From the NCBI GenBank assembly GCA_964611385.1, contig CAZSXS010000013.1, forward strand, positions 22,422 to 54,421: a stretch of DNA of 32,000 nucleotides. Direction: 5' to 3'. Below are positions 22,228-32,000 of the stretch, one piece after another. Origin of the DNA: an uncultured Defluviitaleaceae bacterium (GTDB taxonomy: Bacteria; Bacillota; Clostridia; Lachnospirales; CAYPQA01). The notes beneath the pieces are model-generated. The model had not been told where the DNA came from, ran no database searches, and saw nothing but the letters and a program-made list of their open reading frames with translations. Made by a program: the position numbers and the translations under genes. The first letter of the stretch is position 1. Each line of letters begins with the position of its first letter.

Positions 22228-23577
22228 ATGGAAAGCAATCATCTAACAGACCATGCATATATAGAATGCTGGTCAAAGGCGCTGCCGCTAATGAAGCGAG
22301 CGTTTACGCCTGTAGTTTTCGATACTTGGATTAAGCCTTTGACCCCTCTCTATGTAAAAGATAACGTTCTCGTGGTTAAGACAGAAGAAAACTTCTTTAA
22401 GCCTACCATAGAGGAACGGTATTTAAGTACCATATCTGAATGTATAAGGGAAATTTCTAAAGGTGGCATCAATATTCAACTTGTATCCCCTGAGGATTTT
22501 GAACCAGCCAAAAAAAACGTGAAACGTACTCTTGAAGCTGTTTCAATTTATAGCAATCTTAAATCAAAATATGTCTTCGAAACCTTTGTAAGAGGAAAAA
22601 GCAATGAGCTCGCTTTTTCAGCGGCTTTGGCCGTTTCCGAAGCCCCCGGAAAAACGACTTACAATCCTCTTTTTCTGTATGGTGGTGTTGGCCTTGGAAA
22701 GACTCATTTAATGCACTCAATCGGCAATTACATAATCTCAAAAAACCCTAGTTCAAAGGTTCTTTATACCTCTACAGAGACCTTTGTGAATGAGCTGATC
22801 AACTCTATTAAAGAAAGAAAAAATCAAGAGTTTCGTAATAAATATCGTGAAATAGACGTGCTTTTAATTGATGATATACAATTTTTATCAGAGAAAGAAG
22901 GAACGCAGGAGGAATTCTTTCATACCTTCAATACCTTATACGATGCCAACAAGCAAATCGTTATCTCTAGTGACCAACCCCCAAAAGAAATCAAAACTCT
23001 AGAAGACCGACTTCGCTCAAGATTTGGTTGTGGCTTGATCGTTGATATAACCCTCCCAGACTTTGAAACCAGAACTGCCATCCTGGACAAAAAGGCAGAG
23101 TTGGAACGCCTCTCAGTACCTAAAGAGGTCACCCGCTTTATTGCAAAGAGTATTGTTTCAAACATTCGTGACCTAGAAGGTGCTTTGAATAAAGTCACAG
23201 CCTCTGCAAAAATTAAAAATGAAGACTTAACCATTGAGTTTGCAGAAAAGGCTCTAAAGGATTTAATGAGTGATAATGCAGTGCGAGAAATTACCATTGA
23301 GCATATTGCTGAAGTAGTTACTGATTACTATAAAATTTCCATGGATGATTTGCGTGGTAAAAAGCGCACCCAAAGTATCACTCACCCAAGACAAATTGTT
23401 ATGTATCTTGCTCGAAAGCTGTTAGATATTTCTCTTTTAAAGTTAGGTGAATTTTTGGGCGGCCGCGATCATTCTACCATTATGCATGGCTGTGATAAAA
23501 TCGCCATGGATTTAAATATGGATTCTAACCTCAGATCTGATCTCAAGGAATTAGAGCGAAGAATCAAGGGTGAATAA
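22228..23577 (+). CDS. dnaA: Chromosomal replication initiator protein DnaA
   Basis: 449 aa. AAA+ Walker A GGVGLGKTHL, Walker B LLIDDIQF, and the domain IV DNA-binding signature HSTIMHGCDKI. SD AGGAGG. Confidence 0.97.
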   Translation: MESNHLTDHAYIECWSKALPLMKRAFTPVVFDTWIKPLTPLYVKDNVLVVKTEENFFKPTIEERYLSTISECIREISKGGINIQLVSPEDFEPAKKNVKRTLEAVSIYSNLKSKYVFETFVRGKSNELAFSAALAVSEAPGKTTYNPLFLYGGVGLGKTHLMHSIGNYIISKNPSSKVLYTSTETFVNELINSIKERKNQEFRNKYREIDVLLIDDIQFLSEKEGTQEEFFHTFNTLYDANKQIVISSDQPPKEIKTLEDRLRSRFGCGLIVDITLPDFETRTAILDKKAELERLSVPKEVTRFIAKSIVSNIRDLEGALNKVTASAKIKNEDLTIEFAEKALKDLMSDNAVREITIEHIAEVVTDYYKISMDDLRGKKRTQSITHPRQIVMYLARKLLDISLLKLGEFLGGRDHSTIMHGCDKIAMDLNMDSNLRSDLKELERRIKGE

Positions 23578-23580
23578 CTT

Positions 23581-24066
23581 TGTGGACAAGCAGATGTTAA
23601 AGTACCTCTTTACCTTTAAATAATAGATTTGTATTGTGGATAATCGTTATGTGGATATGGGGATTTCTTCATTGCGGATGAATGTGGATAAACAAAAGGA
23701 AGTGTGGATAATTTTGTGGATAATTGTTTTTGTTAGTTTTATGTGTGGATATCTTTGGGATAAAATTGTGGGTAACAAGAAAAAATTGTGGATGTCTTAA
23801 GTAAAAGCAAGGTGATTTAATTTATCTGTGGATAGGGTGGATAACTCTATTCTGTTTAAAGAAAAAATCCACAGACTTTTCAACATCCAAAAGCTTTTAA
23901 TTTATTGATCTTCAACCACTTATCTACAAATCCACACTACCTACTACTACTGCTACTATAAATCAATATTATCTATGTGTATAAAATCCATATCTTCTAT
24001 TTTTTTGTAAGATGTTTAATCGTACTTAATAAAGTAAGAAATCGCAAACATGAAAAGGAGAAAAGT
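23581..24066. other. oriC core (dnaA-dnaN intergenic): at least 11 inverted-orientation DnaA boxes, then forward-orientation boxes, a DnaA-trio-like repeat and an AT-rich unwinding region
   Basis: TGTGGATAA at 23635, 23683, 23703 and 23715. One- or two-mismatch boxes at 23581 (TGTGGACAA), 23650, 23744 (TGTGGATAT), 23767 (TGTGGGTAA), 23787, 23827 and 23836. Forward boxes AAATCCACA at 23865, TTATCTACA at 23920 and AAATCCACA at 23928. The AT-rich stretch runs 23962 to about 24050. Confidence 0.85.
23941..23961 (-). promoter_or_regulatory. DnaA-trio-like element: CTA CTA CTA CTG CTA CTA TAA on the top strand (bottom strand 5'-TAG repeats, i.e. 3'-GAT-5')
   Basis: The trinucleotide repeat lies immediately 3' of the last DnaA box and 5' of the AT-rich stretch. 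This arrangement is described for B. subtilis oriC. Confidence 0.6.
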
Positions 24067-25167
24067 ATGAATATTATTTGCTCCAAAGAAGATTTGCTAG
24101 AAAATATAAATATTGTGTCCCGGGCGGTGTCCGCTAGAGCGACCAATAAAATTTCAACCTGTATCCTGGTCGTGGCTAATGACAATGGGATAAAACTTAT
24201 AGCTAATGATGGCGAGCTGGGAATTGAAACCTCCTATTTTAAGGGAGAGATCGTAAATGTGGGCCTCATCGCCATTGAGGCAAAAATTTTCCATGAAATC
24301 ATTCGTAAAATGCCTGACGGTAATATTAATATTAACGCTGATGAAAATAATATAGTGATTTTTAAAGCCGGTAAAACGGAATTTAAAATTATTGGGCTCA
24401 ATGGCTTTGAATTTTCATTTTTGCCAATCATTGATAAAAACAATCCCCTTGTTGTGAATACAAACGATCTAAAGCAATTGATTCGTCAGACCATCTTTTC
24501 AGTGGCTGGGAAAGATACTAAACCCATTTTTACTGGAGAGTTATTAGAAGTTAAAAATAAGTCAATAATAATGGTAGCGGTTGATGGGGTTCGGATTGCC
24601 TACAAGGAGATTAAAACCGAAACCGAACGTGAAGAAAAAAGGGTGGTAATTCCATCCAGAACATTGTCGGAAATCAGTAAAATTTTGCCACCAGAAGATG
24701 AGAATTGTAATATCTATTTTACCGATAGGCATGTTCTTTTCGAGTTATCTAGGTTTATCGTTGTTTCTACCCTTATGGAAGGCGAGTTTATTAAGTATGA
24801 TCAGGCCTTCCCAGATGATCAGAGAATTATTGTTAACTTAAATAGAGAAGCTTTCTTAACAGCTTTGGAAAGAACCACTCTAGTGATGGACGAAGCTAAA
24901 AAGATTCCCATTGAAATGTCCATTAATGAGGGTAGTATGCGCATCTCCTCTCGAAGTGAGATCGGGGGTTGCAACGATGAGATTGAAATAGAGTTAGAAG
25001 GAGAACCCTTAGTAATTTCCTTTAATCCCAAATTCTTAATTGAAGCGCTTAAAATAATCGAAGAAGAAGTTGCAATCCTAAAGTTTAAGTCTCAACAAAG
25101 CGCCTGTACTATTTTCGGCCAGAATAATAGTAGTTATAAATTTTTGGTTCTACCTTTAAGACGATAA
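24067..25167 (+). CDS. dnaN: DNA polymerase III beta sliding clamp
   Basis: 366 aa from ATG 24067 (MNIICSKEDLLENINIVSRAV), preceded by AAAGGAGAAAAGT. The C-terminus YKFLVLPLR is typical. The track ORF start 23977 (GTG) would extend into the AT-rich origin and lacks an SD. Confidence 0.95.
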   Translation: MNIICSKEDLLENINIVSRAVSARATNKISTCILVVANDNGIKLIANDGELGIETSYFKGEIVNVGLIAIEAKIFHEIIRKMPDGNININADENNIVIFKAGKTEFKIIGLNGFEFSFLPIIDKNNPLVVNTNDLKQLIRQTIFSVAGKDTKPIFTGELLEVKNKSIIMVAVDGVRIAYKEIKTETEREEKRVVIPSRTLSEISKILPPEDENCNIYFTDRHVLFELSRFIVVSTLMEGEFIKYDQAFPDDQRIIVNLNREAFLTALERTTLVMDEAKKIPIEMSINEGSMRISSRSEIGGCNDEIEIELEGEPLVISFNPKFLIEALKIIEEEVAILKFKSQQSACTIFGQNNSSYKFLVLPLRR

Positions 25168-25184
25168 CAGAAAGCAGAGCAAAC

Positions 25185-28173
<2,989 letters not shown>

Positions 28174-28200
28174 AGATAAAAGAAAAGACAAAGTCAAGAC

Positions 28201-28261
28201 TTGGGGGAGGGAGGAAAAAACTTTTTCGCCGTTTGAAAAAGTTTTTTCCTCCCTCCCCCAA
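28201..28261. repeat. Palindromic element copy B: 26-bp perfect arms (TTGGGGGAGGGAGGAAAAAACTTTTT / AAAAAGTTTTTTCCTCCCTCCCCCAA), 9-nt loop CGCCGTTTG, between gyrB and gyrA
   Basis: Arms at 28201-28226 and 28236-28261 were checked base by base. It is homologous to 2968-3022, with the loop in the same plus-strand orientation. Confidence 0.75.
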
Positions 28262-28294
28262 GGGTTTTAATCTCTTAATAAAGGTGGAATTTAA

Positions 28295-30886
28295 GTGGAT
28301 GGAAATATTTCCAGCACAGATAAAATTGTTGACGTTAATATAGAAAATGAAATGCGTAAATCCTATATTGAGTACGCTATGAGTGTAATCATCGCCAGAG
28401 CGCTACCTGATGTACGCGATGGGCTCAAACCTGTTCATCGAAGGATTTTGTACGCCATGAACGAATTGAATTTGGACCCCACAAAGGCCTATAAAAAATC
28501 AGCTCGTATTGTGGGCGATACCATGGGTAAATATCATCCCCACGGTGATTCTTCTATTTATGATGCTATGGTCAGAATGGCTCAGGATTTTTCCATGCGT
28601 TATATGCTGGTGGATGGCCATGGGAACTTTGGTTCTGTTGATGGAGACTCACCGGCAGCTCCACGGTATACAGAAGCCAGATTAAGCCGCATGTCTACGG
28701 AAATGCTAGCTGATATTGAAAAAGAAACTGTAGACTTTATCCCAAACTACGACGAGGAGTTCCAGGAACCCTCTGTCCTGCCTTCACGCTTCCCCAATTT
28801 ACTGGTCAATGGCTCTTCGGGTATTGCTGTAGGTATGGCTACGTATATACCTCCCCATAATTTGAATGAAGTGATTGATGGTGTTATCAAGATTATTGAT
28901 AACTATAGCTTTGAAGACCGGGAAACGGATATCAATGAATTGCTAGCTGTCATTAAAGGTCCTGACTTCCCCACTGGGGCAACGATTATGGGTACGAATG
29001 GAATTAGAATGGCTTATCGGACCGGAAGAGGAAAAATTGTTGTTCGTTCTGATTCCATCATTGAACCTATGAATGGCGGAAGGGAACGGATTGTTGTGAC
29101 CCAATTGCCTTTCCAAGTCAATAAAGCAAAATTAATTGAAAAAATTGCTGACCTTGTTAAGGAAAAAAAGGTGGAGGGTATCTCTGACTTAAGGGATGAA
29201 TCTGATAGAAACGGCATTAGAGTTGTCATTGAATTAAAAAGAGAAGCAAGTGCCACAATTATTTTAAATCAGCTATATAAATATACCCAGCTTCAAGAAA
29301 GTTTTGGGATTATTATGTTGGCCTTGGTCGATAATGAGCCTAAGATTCTGAATTTAAAAGATCTTTTGATCCATTACCTAAACCACCAAAAGGATGTTGT
29401 CACTCGCAGAACAAAATTCGAATTGAAAAAATGCTTGAAAAGAGCTCATATTTTAGAGGGCTTTTTAATAGCATTAGATCATATCGATGAGGTGCTATCT
29501 ATCATTAGAAGTTCGCCAGATACTGCGACTGCGAAACATCGCTTAGTGGAGCGTTTTAAATTTACCGATGAGCAGGTTAATGCAATCTTAGAAATGCGCT
29601 TCCGCAATTTGACGGGTCTTGAGCGGGATAAGATCATGGAGGAATATAAGGAAATTAAGGAGCATATTCAGGAGTTAACGGCAATTTTGGAGAATGAGAA
29701 GCGATTGTATGCAGTGATAAAAGAAGAAATCCTGATTATCAAGACAAAGTATGGAGATGAGCGTCGGACACAAATTGCTTTTTGTGAAGAGGAAATTATG
29801 CCGGAAGATCTGATTGATGATGAGATCTCCGTCATTACTATGACTTGCTTCGATTATATCAAGCGCTTGCCTTTAAGTACTTATAAGAGCCAAAACAGAG
29901 GGGGGAGGGGAATTATTGGCCTGCAAATGCGGGATGAGGATTTGGTGAAGAACATTTTAATCGCCAATACCCATGATACCCTGATTTTCTTTACCAGCAT
30001 GGGCCGGGCTTATAGAGCCAAGGCTTATGAAATCCCTGAGGCCGGAAGGACGGCACGAGGGATGGCAATCATTAACTTGTTGAATTTGAACAAGGATGAG
30101 AAAATAACCGCGGTTATAACCATTCGAGAAACTAAAGAAGACGAGTATATCCTTATGGTCACAAAGCAAGGAACGGTTAAGAAAACGCCTCTTTCGAAGT
30201 TTTCAAATATTCCCAAGGCTGGTCTTATTGCTGTGAATCTGCGAGAGGATGACGAGTTAATTTCTGTGATTAAAACGGATGGCGATAAGGAAGTATTTGT
30301 TGTCACCAGAGATGGAAAGGGAATTTGCTTTAACGAAGCGGATATCCGTTCTATGGGAAGGCAGGCTACAGGGGTACGAGCAATTCGTTTGGCACAGGAT
30401 GATTACGTGGTGGGCGCCGATAGTATGGATTCCGGCCGAGTGTTAATTGTTTCAGAGAAGGGTTTTGGTAAATTATCTGAGTTGAGTCAGTTCCGAGCAC
30501 AAAAACGGGGCGGCAGCGGCGTTAAAATTCATAAAATTACAGAGCGTACTGGAAAAATTGTGGGCGTTTCGCTGGTCGAGGAAAAAGACGAGTTGATGTT
30601 GATTAATTCCGAGGGAATAATTATTCGAATTCGGGTTAGCGATATTTCTATTCAAAGTCGAACTTCTCAGGGGGTAAAGCTAATTAATTTAAACGATGGC
30701 GTTTCTGTTGTCAGCCTAGCAAAGATTAAAGAGTGTGACATTGAACAAGAAGCCGAGCAGATGCAGGAAGAACAAGAACATACTAAGGGCTCAGAGATCA
30801 AAGCTGGTTTGGAATCAGATTTGGTTGAAGAGGATGAAGGTCAAGAGGAAATCACAGATGAAATAGATGCGGATGGCAGAGAATAA
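28295..30886 (+). CDS. gyrA: DNA gyrase subunit A, with a C-terminal acidic tail of about 50 aa
   Basis: GTG start after [28 protein letters not shown], the [16 protein letters not shown], the active-site region [10 protein letters not shown] and beta-pinwheel repeats. The tail reads [14 protein letters not shown]...[19 protein letters not shown]. Confidence 0.97.
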   Translation: MDGNISSTDKIVDVNIENEMRKSYIEYAMSVIIARALPDVRDGLKPVHRRILYAMNELNLDPTKAYKKSARIVGDTMGKYHPHGDSSIYDAMVRMAQDFSMRYMLVDGHGNFGSVDGDSPAAPRYTEARLSRMSTEMLADIEKETVDFIPNYDEEFQEPSVLPSRFPNLLVNGSSGIAVGMATYIPPHNLNEVIDGVIKIIDNYSFEDRETDINELLAVIKGPDFPTGATIMGTNGIRMAYRTGRGKIVVRSDSIIEPMNGGRERIVVTQLPFQVNKAKLIEKIADLVKEKKVEGISDLRDESDRNGIRVVIELKREASATIILNQLYKYTQLQESFGIIMLALVDNEPKILNLKDLLIHYLNHQKDVVTRRTKFELKKCLKRAHILEGFLIALDHIDEVLSIIRSSPDTATAKHRLVERFKFTDEQVNAILEMRFRNLTGLERDKIMEEYKEIKEHIQELTAILENEKRLYAVIKEEILIIKTKYGDERRTQIAFCEEEIMPEDLIDDEISVITMTCFDYIKRLPLSTYKSQNRGGRGIIGLQMRDEDLVKNILIANTHDTLIFFTSMGRAYRAKAYEIPEAGRTARGMAIINLLNLNKDEKITAVITIRETKEDEYILMVTKQGTVKKTPLSKFSNIPKAGLIAVNLREDDELISVIKTDGDKEVFVVTRDGKGICFNEADIRSMGRQATGVRAIRLAQDDYVVGADSMDSGRVLIVSEKGFGKLSELSQFRAQKRGGSGVKIHKITERTGKIVGVSLVEEKDELMLINSEGIIIRIRVSDISIQSRTSQGVKLINLNDGVSVVSLAKIKECDIEQEAEQMQEEQEHTKGSEIKAGLESDLVEEDEGQEEITDEIDADGRE

Positions 30887-30923
30887 AATCAAGTACAAGC
30901 TTTGATGAGGTTTAAAGAGTATC

Positions 30924-32000
30924 ATGAAGAATTTTCTTATGGTTTTACTTTTAATTGTAGCGGTGGGCTGTTGTATTTTTTTTGTACGAAACGCAGTAAG
31001 CATCATGCAAATACTGGAGAATAAAAATACCAGTATTGTGAAAAATGAAGCGGATAGTAACGAAGAAGCACATAAGCCTGATATTCAGGAAGAGAATGTA
31101 CCGCTCAAAGAAGATGGGGAGTTTAAAATCTATGTAGATGAGGTGTTTTACAACAGCTTTGATACTTACGAGGAAGCCTTAAGTACCGCACAAAGCCATA
31201 AGCTAGCAAAAATTCTTCAGAAAAACAAAAGCTTGGTAATCTGGGACAATTACCCACCCTTTTTGGTTTTTTTGAATACGGACGACAAGTTTATTGAGTT
31301 TGATGATTTTGCCTCGGCAGTAAAAAAGGCTAAGGAAAGTAAAAGATCTTTTGTATATTATAGAAAAGATAATAGTTTAATTTGGTCTAATGCAGAGGCT
31401 TTGAAGACATCCATTCAGTTGGAAGCCCCCGTTGTGATGCAAAATCCAGAGTTACCCCGGGGGTGTGAGGTTACGAGTCTTTCTATGCTCATTAACTACA
31501 AAGGAAAACTAGTTAGCAAATTGACCTTAGCTGATCAGGTGAAGAAAGTTCCATTTCAGTTTAAGCAGGGGGGCATTGTGTATCATGGAAACCCATATGA
31601 GGGTTTTGTAGGGGATATGAAAAACGCCCGTCAAAATGGCTATGGAGTTTATCATGGGCCTATTCACCAGCTTTTGGTACAGTACTTCCCTTACTCTGCC
31701 GTTGATTTAAGCGGCTGTGAGTTCAAGGACTTATACTACTTATTAAATAGAAATTCCCCAGTTTGGATTATAACGAATACAAGTTATAAAAGACTGGCAC
31801 AAAGTGAATTTGGTACATGGACCACCACCTCTGGTCCCATCAAAATTACAAGTAAGGAACACGCGGTACTTGTTACAGGATATGATCAGGAATACATCTA
31901 CTTTAACGACCCCTTGATTGGAAAGAATAAGGCATCGATGAAGGAATTTATAGAAGCCTGGGAGCAGATGGGTAGACAAGCTGTGGCGGCTGTGCACTGA
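30924..32000 (+). CDS. YvpB-like protein with C39-like cysteine peptidase domain (Peptidase_C39_2) and N-terminal membrane anchor
   Basis: N-terminal TM (LMVLLLIVAVGCCIFF). QNPELPRGCEVTSLSMLINY (putative catalytic Cys) and HAVLVTGYD (His). The TGA stop occupies exactly 31998-32000. Confidence 0.7.
   Translation: MKNFLMVLLLIVAVGCCIFFVRNAVSIMQILENKNTSIVKNEADSNEEAHKPDIQEENVPLKEDGEFKIYVDEVFYNSFDTYEEALSTAQSHKLAKILQKNKSLVIWDNYPPFLVFLNTDDKFIEFDDFASAVKKAKESKRSFVYYRKDNSLIWSNAEALKTSIQLEAPVVMQNPELPRGCEVTSLSMLINYKGKLVSKLTLADQVKKVPFQFKQGGIVYHGNPYEGFVGDMKNARQNGYGVYHGPIHQLLVQYFPYSAVDLSGCEFKDLYYLLNRNSPVWIITNTSYKRLAQSEFGTWTTTSGPIKITSKEHAVLVTGYDQEYIYFNDPLIGKNKASMKEFIEAWEQMGRQAVAAVH

Noticed and set aside
23977-24066. 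N-terminal 30-codon extension of dnaN from a GTG start (MYKIHIFYFFVRC...)
   Set aside because: The extension lies in the AT-rich unwinding region of oriC, has an odd composition and lacks an SD. ATG 24067 has a strong AAAGGAG and yields a canonical 366-aa clamp.
28535-28570. GyrA QRDR checked for quinolone-resistance substitutions
   Set aside because: The sequence [10 protein letters not shown] keeps Ser and Asp at the positions equivalent to E. coli S83 and D87, so it is the wild-type, susceptible pattern.

Overview
This window looks like the chromosomal replication-origin region of a low-GC, spore-forming Firmicute, probably class Clostridia. All product calls come from reading motifs in the translations; no database search was possible.

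The right half carries the classic dnaA-dnaN-recF-gyrB-gyrA block. TTATCCACA-type DnaA boxes sit upstream of dnaA. A denser cluster sits between dnaA and dnaN and ends in a DnaA-trio-like CTA repeat followed by an AT-rich stretch.

The left 20 kb is mostly minus-strand:
- a peptide-resistance-like ABC module: a partial FtsX/MacB-type permease, its ATPase, an OmpR-type response regulator and a histidine kinase
- T-box-controlled proS, whose stop codon overlaps the regulator's start
- a P-loop NTPase coupled to a membrane protein
- argS behind a DagK-family lipid kinase gene
- a zinc-ribbon membrane protein

A plus-strand block interrupts this run. It carries an alpha/beta-type SASP gene, pdxK coupled to a YhhQ/Vut_1 transporter, and an MMPL-type transporter. 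The MMPL gene overlaps a 1019-aa secreted protein built from about 100 xxxLxxG heptads.

The most unusual items are:
- the MMPL plus heptad-fibre gene pair
- a roughly 60-bp purine/pyrimidine-armed perfect palindrome present twice (after the kinase gene, and between gyrB and gyrA)
- five tandem 11-bp direct repeats upstream of the ABC genes
- two unknown small proteins where rpmH would normally flank dnaA

I saw no rRNA, tRNA, CRISPR array, transposase or integrase.
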